Assembly (NCBI GenBank): GCA_947628785.1
Contig: CANRBE010000002.1
Location: 1-46,184 of the forward strand
DNA: 46,184 bases
Reading direction: 5' to 3'
DNA from: an uncultured Bacilli bacterium
GTDB lineage: Bacteria > Bacillota_I > Bacilli_A > RF39 > UBA660
The notes under the pieces: generated by a model
What the model was told of the DNA's origin: nothing
The model's database searches: none
What the model saw: the letters and a program-made list of their open reading frames with translations, nothing else
Translations under genes and position numbers: made by a program
In this document: one piece after another, positions 1 to 8,445 of the stretch
Layout of the letters: each line of letters opens with the position of its first letter
Numbering within the stretch: position 1 is the stretch's first letter

Positions 1-1
1 T

Positions 2-388
2 GTATCTGAATCAAGAAATCCTAATTTTGCTGAAATATTTCATAGATTAAATTATGTTGAAAATTATGGCACCGGTATTGGAAGAATAATAAATGAATAT
101 CAAAACTTTAAATCTAAACCAATCATTGAATTATCAGAAAATGTTTTTAAGATAACATTACCAAATTTAAACTATATTGCAGATAATAAAAATAAATTTA
201 ACAATATGACTAAAGAAGAAATTATTACAAAATATGTCAAAGAAAAAACAAAAATAACTAGATTAGAAGTAGAAAAATTATTAGATATAGGAAGTACAAG
301 ATCAAAACAAATTATTAATAAATTATTAGAAAATCATATTTTAATTAAAAAAGGTTCTGGAAAAAATACATATTATATATTAAAATAA
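2..388 (+). CDS. 3' part of a gene cut by the window edge: COG2865-type putative transcriptional regulator (ATPase-like HATPase_c_4 region plus C-terminal winged-helix)
   Basis: The frame is open from position 2 and continuous with listed ORF 206..388. The translation contains FHRLNYVENYGTGIGRIINEY, typical of this family. The tail ITRLEVEKLLDIGSTRSKQIINKLLENHILIKKGSGKNTYYIL looks like a wHTH. Confidence 0.55.
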   Translation, partial: VSESRNPNFAEIFHRLNYVENYGTGIGRIINEYQNFKSKPIIELSENVFKITLPNLNYIADNKNKFNNMTKEEIITKYVKEKTKITRLEVEKLLDIGSTRSKQIINKLLENHILIKKGSGKNTYYILK

Positions 389-471
389 AATTGATTAATA
401 TTTTATATATCAAATCGTTATAATCAAAAGCTATATAAATCTTTTATAATCGTTCTATTTTTAGTAAATCT

Positions 472-501
472 ACTAGTCCTTATTAAAGACTAGTTTTTTT
501 A
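472..501 (+). terminator. Rho-independent terminator after the truncated regulator gene
   Basis: ACTAGTC (472-478) pairs with GACTAGT (488-494) and is followed by a T-run. Confidence 0.6.
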
Positions 502-546
502 TTCAAACATTTTCAATTACAAATTTGTTCAAATAATTATAATTTG

Positions 547-574
547 AAAATAAGTCCATTTGGACTTATTTTTA
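547..574. terminator. Second hairpin terminator (A-run / stem / T-run, potentially bidirectional)
   Basis: AATAAGTCC (549-557), loop ATTT, GGACTTATT (562-570), then T-run. Confidence 0.5.
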
Positions 575-734
575 AGTTCTTTATCTTTATTTTTTAAATT
601 TATTAAAAATTTTTAAATAAGCTTTAAATAAATAACCATACAAATTATTTGTTTCTGCATAAATTATGAATAGAAACAGCATAATGCTATTTCAATTAAT
701 GTTAGTAAATGCTAAATAGAAAGGAGAATATAAT

Positions 735-1235
735 TTGTATAAAAATAAAATAATAATAATTATAGCCTTTCTTGCAACTATAATTTTAATGGCAGTTGGG
801 TATTCAACCTTTGCTACTGATTTTACTATTAATGGAACTGCAGAAATAACTGGTGATTGGGATGTTAGAATAACAAGTATAAAAGCTACTCAAGTATCTG
901 ATGGTTGTGATGCTGGAACGCCAACATTTACTGGAGATTCTATTAATTTTTCAGCTAAACTTAATAAACCAGGTGATGAAATTATTTATGAAGTTACTAT
1001 AGAAAATTTAGGAACTATCGATGCCGAATTACAAACTGTAATATTTACAGAAGAAATTGATGGCATTAAAGAAATTAACTATACAACTTCTGAACTAAAA
1101 AAAGATTTAAATGCTGGTGATTCAACTACTTTTAATATCATGGTAACATATGTTAAAAATACTGAAAGTATTCCAGATGTTAAAATAAAAACACTAACGG
1201 GGATAATTCAATATGTACAAAAAGAAAATTCTTAA
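735..1235 (+). CDS. Small secreted protein with a SipW-dependent-type signal peptide (TasA/camelysin-like class, family not verified)
   Basis: TTG start preceded by AAAGGAGA. The N-terminal hydrophobic segment ends in GYSTFATDFTINGTAE, which matches the SipW-cognate signal pattern (xTFAxFxD). The gene lies immediately upstream of a SipW-type peptidase gene. Confidence 0.6.
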   Translation: MYKNKIIIIIAFLATIILMAVGYSTFATDFTINGTAEITGDWDVRITSIKATQVSDGCDAGTPTFTGDSINFSAKLNKPGDEIIYEVTIENLGTIDAELQTVIFTEEIDGIKEINYTTSELKKDLNAGDSTTFNIMVTYVKNTESIPDVKIKTLTGIIQYVQKENS

Positions 1236-2301
1236 AAACAAGCAATTATTTTTTCTCTTAATTATTTATACATTAAGTCATATCTTTTTATATACTAATA
1301 ATTTTTATATTTATTTTTTTAATCCATTATTTTGGCTAATTTTTATAATCATTTTTTATAACCAAGATTTAAAATTACCGAAGAAGAAAGAAATTAAGAT
1401 TACTTTAACTATATCAACTATTTTTTTAATTATTTATTTAGTTAGTGGTTTTATTTTTGGTTTTACTAAAAGTCCTTATAATCATACATTAATTAATATT
1501 TTAAAAAATTTGTGGAAAATTATATTACCGATATACGGTATTGAAATATTACGTTATAAACTTATTAAAAGTAATAAAAATTTTAAAATTAAGACTTTAA
1601 TAACCATTGTTATTATCGTAAGTGAAATTAATTTCAAAGCCCTTTTTCTTTCTCATGATATTATTTTTTTCCATTATTTTATTTCTATAATTATACCAAT
1701 AATTGCTCAAAATATTTTATTTTCTTATCTATCTTTAAATTCACATTATGATATTCCGATAATTATTAGATTTTTTAATGAACTACCTACAATTTTTTTA
1801 CCCATTATTCCTTATAGCAATTGGTTTATTGAAGGTTCTTTTGAAATTATCAAAGTTTTAATTATTTACTATTTATTTAAATATTTTATTTTTAGGAAAA
1901 AAACTATAAAACAAACTAAAAATTTATCAAAAGTATATCCTTTAACTATTATTACTTCTATTTTATTAGTATTATTTATGCTTGGATTATTTAATTATCA
2001 GGCTATAGCTATTCTATCAAATAGTATGAATCCTACTTTTAGAAGAGGGGATGTTGTTATTTACAAAAAAAATGCAAAAATTTTATCAGGAGATATTATT
2101 GTCTTTAAATATGAAAATCAAATTATTGTTCACCGAGTTTTAAGTATAAATGAATATTATGTTACTAAAGGAGATGCTAATAATACCGTAGATTATATGA
2201 AAATTCAAAAAAAGGATATAATAGGTGTTTATCAATTTCATATCAAATATTTAGCTTATCCTTCCATTTGGTTAAATGAAATGTTTACTAAGGAGAATTA
2301 A
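1213..2301 (+). CDS. Signal peptidase I, SipW/Sec11 (ER-type) catalytic domain fused to a ~250-aa N-terminal polytopic membrane domain
   Basis: C-terminal ~100 aa carry SNSMNPTF (catalytic Ser box), IIVHRVL (His box) and TKGDANNTVD. The N-terminal 250 aa are a series of about 7 hydrophobic helices with no Cys. Overlaps the upstream gene by 23 nt. Confidence 0.75.
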   Translation: MYKKKILKNKQLFFLLIIYTLSHIFLYTNNFYIYFFNPLFWLIFIIIFYNQDLKLPKKKEIKITLTISTIFLIIYLVSGFIFGFTKSPYNHTLINILKNLWKIILPIYGIEILRYKLIKSNKNFKIKTLITIVIIVSEINFKALFLSHDIIFFHYFISIIIPIIAQNILFSYLSLNSHYDIPIIIRFFNELPTIFLPIIPYSNWFIEGSFEIIKVLIIYYLFKYFIFRKKTIKQTKNLSKVYPLTIITSILLVLFMLGLFNYQAIAILSNSMNPTFRRGDVVIYKKNAKILSGDIIVFKYENQIIVHRVLSINEYYVTKGDANNTVDYMKIQKKDIIGVYQFHIKYLAYPSIWLNEMFTKEN

Positions 2302-2302
2302 A

Positions 2303-3214
2303 GTGCAATCAAAAAGAAAAAAAATGTTAATTATTTTAAGTATTATTCTTTTAATAGTAATTATTTTTTTTAAGGCTATATATATTAATAAAAATATTCA
2401 AAAAAATAATATATATCAATTAAAAAATAAAACATATTATGAAGTTACTTTAAAACCTAATATTTATTTTTTTAATAATAAAATAAAAAACAATAAGTAT
2501 TATATTGCAAATTCAATTAAAAGTATTGATATTTATTTTAATTATTATTTAAAAGACAAAACTAAAAAAAATATTAATTATTCTTATGATATTAAAGCTA
2601 CTTTAAAAAGCTATGCTGATAGTGGTACTAAATTAATTTGGACTAAGGATTTTAATTTAAAAAATATAAATAACATAAAACAAGAAAACATTAATATAAA
2701 AGAAAATTATAACTTAGATTATCAATATTATGTTAATTATGTTAAATCTTTTCAAGAATTTTATAATATTAAAACAGAAACTTATTTATATGTTAAACTT
2801 AATATTAAAATTAATGACAAAACTAATTCTTATGTTTTATTAACTATTCCTATTAGTGAAGATATTATAAAAATAACGATGAGGGAAGACAAATCTTTTT
2901 TTAAAAGTACTAAAGAAAATATTGATTATAATAAGATAATAGTTTTGATTTTTATAATTATAGTAATTATATTGTTAGTAAGTAAAATTTTACTCAATAA
3001 AGATAATGAAGAAGATATTTTAAAAGAATATCATGATATAATTATAGCTATTCAAAATAAACCTAATATAAATAGTAATAATATTATATATTTAACTAAC
3101 TTAAAAGATTTAATTAGTATAGCAGTAAATAATAATATAAGTATTTTTAATTATCACACTAACTACTATATTATTATGGATAATACTTATTATATTTATA
3201 TTTTAAAAAACTAA
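2303..3214 (+). CDS. Bitopic membrane protein, DUF5305-like (commonly partnered with SipW-type peptidases)
   Basis: The GTG at 2303, 7 nt after AAGGAG and 1 nt after the peptidase stop, is preferred over the ATG at 2276 in the ORF track. Layout: N-terminal TM, ~190-aa Asn/Lys/Tyr-rich ectodomain, second TM (IIVLIFIIIVIILLVSKILL), ~75-aa C-terminal tail. Confidence 0.55.
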   Translation: MQSKRKKMLIILSIILLIVIIFFKAIYINKNIQKNNIYQLKNKTYYEVTLKPNIYFFNNKIKNNKYYIANSIKSIDIYFNYYLKDKTKKNINYSYDIKATLKSYADSGTKLIWTKDFNLKNINNIKQENINIKENYNLDYQYYVNYVKSFQEFYNIKTETYLYVKLNIKINDKTNSYVLLTIPISEDIIKITMREDKSFFKSTKENIDYNKIIVLIFIIIVIILLVSKILLNKDNEEDILKEYHDIIIAIQNKPNINSNNIIYLTNLKDLISIAVNNNISIFNYHTNYYIIMDNTYYIYILKN

Positions 3215-3249
3215 AAAAGACATTAAAATTAATATTTATGTCTTTTTTT
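3214..3249. terminator. Hairpin terminator between convergent genes
   Basis: AAAAGACAT ... ATGTCTTTT with flanking A- and T-runs. Confidence 0.45.
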
Positions 3250-3303
3250 AGTTAACCTAATTAAAAAAAAGTATAATTTAATAATAGAGATTAAATATGT
3301 ATA

Positions 3304-3729
3304 TTATTTTTTTACTAATATATGATTTTGGCAAACTTTTTTTGGCATATATAATTTAGTAACTAATTTGTTCATAGCATTTACTTTATCTAAATCAAAT
3401 TGTAAAATATTTTTCAAAGCTTCTTCTTCTGATAAATTAATAACTGATTTTAAGTTACTATTATCTTGTATCATAGATAATAATACTAAAGCATAAGCCA
3501 GTTGAAAAGCATCCATTAGATTTACATAATTATTACCATCTATACTTTCTATTTTACAAATATCCTCGAATAAAAAATTAAAATCTGGGTTATCATAAAA
3601 ATTATATAAATGTTTTTGTAATTGTTGATTTTCAAAAATTATTGGTTTTTTTTGTAATACAATAATTGAAGATAACAAGTTTAAAAAAGCATAATCACTA
3701 ATATTTTTTTTAACATTTTCCTTTATCAT
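3304..3729 (-). CDS. Hypothetical protein (141 aa, cytoplasmic, no recognisable motif)
   Basis: Long ORF in an otherwise stop-rich AT background, GGAG-like RBS (AGGAGAATTT ATG), own terminator. Confidence 0.5.
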   Translation of the reverse strand: MIKENVKKNISDYAFLNLLSSIIVLQKKPIIFENQQLQKHLYNFYDNPDFNFLFEDICKIESIDGNNYVNLMDAFQLAYALVLLSMIQDNSNLKSVINLSEEEALKNILQFDLDKVNAMNKLVTKLYMPKKVCQNHILVKK

Positions 3730-3976
3730 AAATTCTCCTAATACTATATAATTATAACATAATCTTGACTATTTTTTTTTAAATATAACTAGTTAATTAT
3801 TTTTTTATTAAGATAAAAAAATATTTTGACAATTATACTAAAATTTCTAATTGATTAATAATTTTAGTAAAGATAAAAAAATATATTGTTATATAAAAGT
3901 ATGTTATTTTACAAATTATATGGTAAAATATTATTAGATTTTACTAAAAAAAATTAACAATTATAGGAGTTTTTTT

Positions 3977-4579
3977 ATGAAGAAAAAAATATTTCAATTT
4001 ATATTGTTGAGTTTATTAAGTGTTTTATTATTATATGAAGTAATATATTCATTTAATGAATCTGACCCATGGGGATTAGTTTTTGCGAGTGTTACTTTAC
4101 CATATGTAATATTACTTATTGTAGTTATTTTTATATCTATAAAGACATTTCTTTCTTTAATTAAAGATGATAATAAAACATTAAAAAAATCAGAAATATT
4201 TTTAATGTTTATTCCTTTTATAATAGCACTAGGTTTTTTGATATTTTCTTTCCTTAGTAAAGATTCTAAAGAAATACCAGAAAATTATATTGCTGTTTTC
4301 CACGGTGGAGCGGGAGAAATAACTTATGAAACCTACATTTATAAAATTAATAATGGACAAGCTAATTATGGTTTTAATTATATTAATACTACTAATAATA
4401 CTGTTTCATATGGAAGTAATAAGATAAATAAAACAATTACAAAACAAGGTTCGGTTTCATGGACTGATGAAGTGTTTAAAGTGGCTAAAGATAACCATGC
4501 CTATTCATATGTTACATTACCTAATGATGATAAAGTATACACTGTAGATGAATACACTTCGATGTTTTTAATGAATTAA
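3977..4579 (+). CDS. Hypothetical membrane protein (3 N-terminal TM helices plus ~100-aa C-terminal domain)
   Basis: RBS TAGGAG 8 nt upstream. Hydrophobic N-terminal half. No family recognised. Confidence 0.55.
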   Translation: MKKKIFQFILLSLLSVLLLYEVIYSFNESDPWGLVFASVTLPYVILLIVVIFISIKTFLSLIKDDNKTLKKSEIFLMFIPFIIALGFLIFSFLSKDSKEIPENYIAVFHGGAGEITYETYIYKINNGQANYGFNYINTTNNTVSYGSNKINKTITKQGSVSWTDEVFKVAKDNHAYSYVTLPNDDKVYTVDEYTSMFLMN

Positions 4580-4621
4580 TTTTGAACATAAAAAGTTAAA
4601 TAAATAGAAATGGGGGATAAA

Positions 4622-5545
4622 ATGACTATAATATTTTACAAATTAAGAAACGAGGAAAAAATCAAAGTTTTAAGTCCGTTATTTATTAATATCAAAAAAA
4701 ATAAAATTTTTAAAACTAAATATGAAACAGCATCCTTAAAATTTCATCTTTTTAATGAAGGAGAAGCAATCTATCAAATAAATAAAGATTTGGAAATATT
4801 AGGATTTATCGGTTATGATTTTTCTAAATTTAATAATACTACTTTTAAAATTTTTAATGATAATACAACCTTATATTTTGAAAATTGTAATATGCCCAAA
4901 CATTTAAAAATAAAAAAAGGTATGACTGTTATTAAAAATCCACTTTTTAATAAAAAAGATAGTATAATAGAATTTAACCATCTACATGAAGGATTTTTAA
5001 AATTTTATCACAATAATACTAATATCGAAATAATAACTGATGATATTTATAAGTTAACAATTGTCGGTAGTTTAGAAAATGGTTTAATAAATGGAAAATT
5101 TTATCAAATACCGACTATTGAAAATTTAAACTTAATTGAAACTAATATTAAATTAGGTAGTCTAAAAAGTAACCAAACCAAAATAGAAAACAGTGATATT
5201 GATATACTTTATCCACTTAGAACTTCTTTAGGTAAAAAAGTAAAAATATTTGACAGTAAAATAAAAACTAACCAACAAACATTAGATTTAACTGGCAACT
5301 TAAAAGATGAAGTTTATTATTATCTTGATAATGTTTTATTAGAATCACCATTTAAAATAAAACTACCTAGAGGGTATTATAGTTTAAACAAATATCCAAC
5401 TAGAACCTTATATAAAAATCAAAATAATAAAGCTATATATACCGATTTAGATATAAATAGACAAGATTATATTATTAAATTAAAAGAATTAAAAAGCAAA
5501 TATACTAGTCAAAAAGACAGTAAAGTTTATGTAAAAAGAAAGTAG
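4622..5545 (+). CDS. Hypothetical protein (~307 aa)
   Basis: The ATG at 4622 follows GGGGGA. The track start at 4610 lies inside that SD. No family recognised. Confidence 0.5.
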   Translation: MTIIFYKLRNEEKIKVLSPLFINIKKNKIFKTKYETASLKFHLFNEGEAIYQINKDLEILGFIGYDFSKFNNTTFKIFNDNTTLYFENCNMPKHLKIKKGMTVIKNPLFNKKDSIIEFNHLHEGFLKFYHNNTNIEIITDDIYKLTIVGSLENGLINGKFYQIPTIENLNLIETNIKLGSLKSNQTKIENSDIDILYPLRTSLGKKVKIFDSKIKTNQQTLDLTGNLKDEVYYYLDNVLLESPFKIKLPRGYYSLNKYPTRTLYKNQNNKAIYTDLDINRQDYIIKLKELKSKYTSQKDSKVYVKRK

Positions 5546-5657
5546 AGTTAACAAAACCCTACTTTAATTTATCAAAAACTTGATTTTAATTGAAAACATT
5601 GTTAAAATAAAAATAGTAAATAAAAAAATTTACTAAAAAATAGAGTGGAGGAAATAT

Positions 5658-7211
5658 ATGAATAGTATTTTTTTCTCCATTTTACTAGTCATAATTGGAC
5701 TTTTTGTTGGCGGTATTGCGGTAATATTTGTCAATTACTTAAGAGGGGTATCTGCTAGTGGCAAGGCAGAAGAAATCTTAAAGCAAGCCAAAAAAGAAGC
5801 CGAACAATTAAAAAGAGATTATATTTTAGAAGCTAAAGAAGAATCACATAAAATTAAAATAGAAACTGATAAAGAAGTAAAAGAAAAGAAAAAAGAAGTA
5901 GCTGAAGCCGAACAACGTTTATTAACAAGAGAAAATAATATCGAATTAAGAGACCAAACTTTACAAAATAGAGAAATGGCTTTAGAAGAAAGAGAAAATA
6001 ATCTATTTTTAAAACAAAAAGATATTCAAGAAGAACAAAGTAAAGTGGAGGACATAAAAAAAGAACAAATCGAACTTTTAGAGAAAATAGCTGGATATAG
6101 TAAAAAACAAGCCAAAGAATTAGTTATTAAACGAGTAGAAGACATGATGTCTTTAGAAATTGCCACTTACATTAAAGAAAGAGAAAGTGATGCTAAATTA
6201 GAAGCTGATAAAAAGGCTAAGGCAATGCTTGTGTCATGTATGCAAAAATATGCAAGTGATGTTGCTAATGAACAAACTGTAACAGTAGTGACATTACCTA
6301 ATGATGAAATGAAAGGTAGAATAATTGGTAGGGAAGGAAGAAATATTAGGACTATTGAAGCTGTAACTGGTGTTGATTTAATAATTGATGATACTCCAGA
6401 AGCAATCGTTTTATCTTCTTTTGACCCTTATAGAAGAGAAATGGCTAGAGTAACTTTAGAAACTTTAATAAAAGATGGAAGAATTCATCCAACTAGAATT
6501 GAAGAGTTATATGATAAAGTATCTAAAGATATGCTAGTTAAAATTAGAGAATATGGTGATGATGCTTTATTTAAACTAGGACTTACTAAAGTAGATTCAG
6601 AATTAGTTGAATTAATTGGTAAATTACATTTTAGAACTAGTTTTGGACAAAATGCCTTACAACATTCTATTGAAGTAGCATCCCTTGCTGGTTTAATAGC
6701 TGCTGAATTAGGAGAAAATGTCACTTTAGCTAAGAGGGCAGGTTTATTACATGATATAGGTAAAGCAATCGATCATGAAATGGAAGGTTCACATGTCGAA
6801 ATAGGTAGTGAAATAGCTAAGAAGTATCATGAAAATGAAGTAGTTATTAATGCAATTGAGTCTCATCATGGTGACATAGAAGCAACTAGTGTTATATCAG
6901 TTTTAATAGCTGTTGCAGATGCTTTATCAGCTTCTCGTCCAGGTGCTAGAAATGATTCTTTAGAAAACTATATCAAAAGGTTACAAGATTTAGAAAGCAT
7001 TGGAAATGAAATAGAAGGTGTTGAAAAGACTTATGCTTTGCAAGCTGGTCGTGAAATTAGAGTTATTGTTAAACCAGATGAAATAGATGATTTAGGAAGT
7101 TTTAAAGTTGCTCATGATATTAAAACCAAAATAGAAAATGAATTACAATATCCAGGAACAATTAAAGTAACGGTAATAAGAGAAACAAGAGCTATAGAAG
7201 AAGCTAAATAG
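5658..7211 (+). CDS. rny: Ribonuclease Y
   Basis: N-terminal TM anchor, Lys/Glu-rich coiled coil, KH domain ([15 protein letters not shown]), HD domain (LLHDIGKA ... ESHHGD). Length is typical (517 aa). RBS GGAGG. Confidence 0.95.
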   Translation: MNSIFFSILLVIIGLFVGGIAVIFVNYLRGVSASGKAEEILKQAKKEAEQLKRDYILEAKEESHKIKIETDKEVKEKKKEVAEAEQRLLTRENNIELRDQTLQNREMALEERENNLFLKQKDIQEEQSKVEDIKKEQIELLEKIAGYSKKQAKELVIKRVEDMMSLEIATYIKERESDAKLEADKKAKAMLVSCMQKYASDVANEQTVTVVTLPNDEMKGRIIGREGRNIRTIEAVTGVDLIIDDTPEAIVLSSFDPYRREMARVTLETLIKDGRIHPTRIEELYDKVSKDMLVKIREYGDDALFKLGLTKVDSELVELIGKLHFRTSFGQNALQHSIEVASLAGLIAAELGENVTLAKRAGLLHDIGKAIDHEMEGSHVEIGSEIAKKYHENEVVINAIESHHGDIEATSVISVLIAVADALSASRPGARNDSLENYIKRLQDLESIGNEIEGVEKTYALQAGREIRVIVKPDEIDDLGSFKVAHDIKTKIENELQYPGTIKVTVIRETRAIEEAK

Positions 7212-7275
7212 TTTCTTTTTTTGTTGTAAAAAAAAAGTTTTTACTGTATAATTATAATACGAAAGGGATGAAGGT

Positions 7276-7599
7276 ATGGATATTATTAAAATCCAATATT
7301 TGATTATTGTTGTAATTTTATTTATTATTGCACTAGCAATCGTTAAGTCAAGAAAAAAAGAATTTAAAGTTGATTCTAATCGACTAGTTAATTATTTAGG
7401 TGGTCGTGATAATATTATTGAATGTTCAGCTAATAAGTCGAGATTTATTGTGACTGTTAAAGATGTTAATAAAGTAAATAAAGAATCGATTCAGAAAATG
7501 GGAGCTCAAGGTATTGTTGAAATAGAAAACCAACTTAAAATAATTTTAGGCGAGGGAGCCCATCATTTAAAAAAATATATTGATGATTTAAATAAATAA
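7276..7599 (+). CDS. Membrane-anchored protein with a degenerate PTS EIIB-like domain
   Basis: N-terminal TM. GGRDNIIECSANKSRFIVTVKD aligns to the PTS_EIIB consensus GGxxNIxxxxxCxTRLRxxxxD, but Asn sits at the phospho-Cys position and TRLR is replaced by SRFI. The stop overlaps the downstream ATG (TAATG). Confidence 0.55.
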   Translation: MDIIKIQYLIIVVILFIIALAIVKSRKKEFKVDSNRLVNYLGGRDNIIECSANKSRFIVTVKDVNKVNKESIQKMGAQGIVEIENQLKIILGEGAHHLKKYIDDLNK

Positions 7600-7610
7600 T
7601 GGAGTTAAAT

Positions 7611-8312
7611 ATGAAAAGAAAAGATATATCCTTAATGATAAGTATTTTAGTTATATTAATAGGGATAGCTTTTTATTTTGAAGATGATATTAAAAACACT
7701 ATACTTAGTGTTGATCAAACATCTTATAATTTAGAAAGTATACCAGAATATGATGGAAAGTCTTATGTTATTATTAACAATAATGAACCTTATTTTGATA
7801 TAAATGAGTATGATAGTGAATCTTTTGAAAAATATAGTGAGTTAGATAGATTGGGTCGAGCTAGAGAAGCTATAGCTAATGTTTCAATTGATACGATGCC
7901 AACTGAAAAAAGAGGTAGTATAGGTATGATTAAACCATCAGGATGGCATACTATAAAATATGATAATGTTGATGGTAAGTATTTATATAATAGATGTCAT
8001 TTAATAGGATATCAATTGACAGGTGAAAATGCCAATCCGAAGAATCTAATTACTTGTACTAGAAGTATGAATACAACTGGTATGTTAGAGTGGGAAAATA
8101 AAGTAGCTAATTATGTTAAAGAAACTAAAAATCATGTTTTATACCGAGTAACTCCTATTTATCAAGATGATAATTTATTAGCGAGTGGAGTTACTATTGA
8201 AGCTTATTCTATAGAGGATAATGGTAGAGGTATTAAATTTAATATTTATGTTTATAATGTTCAAGATGGAATAGAAATCAACTATCAAAATGGTGATAGT
8301 AAAAAAATTTAA
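7611..8312 (+). CDS. DNA/RNA non-specific endonuclease, membrane-anchored (EndA/NucA DNA-entry nuclease family)
   Basis: N-terminal anchor. YNRCHLIGYQLTGENANPKNLITCTRSMN and the surrounding sequence are typical of EndA-like nucleases. The ATG at 7611 is 6 nt after GGAG; the track start at 7599 is also possible. Confidence 0.85.
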   Translation: MKRKDISLMISILVILIGIAFYFEDDIKNTILSVDQTSYNLESIPEYDGKSYVIINNNEPYFDINEYDSESFEKYSELDRLGRAREAIANVSIDTMPTEKRGSIGMIKPSGWHTIKYDNVDGKYLYNRCHLIGYQLTGENANPKNLITCTRSMNTTGMLEWENKVANYVKETKNHVLYRVTPIYQDDNLLASGVTIEAYSIEDNGRGIKFNIYVYNVQDGIEINYQNGDSKKI

Positions 8313-8445
8313 AATAGGTAATATAACTAGATAAAAGTAGATATTTATTATTGTATTAATATTTATCTATTTTTTTTACTAAAAAATTTACAAAATTTTT
8401 AAAATGTGTTATTATTATTTATGTTTTATTAAAGGGGGATTTATT

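Noticed and set aside
6485-6724. 79-aa ORF antisense to rny
   Set aside because: It lies entirely inside a confidently identified gene on the opposite strand. It has no RBS and its Ser/Leu-rich composition is typical of a shadow frame.
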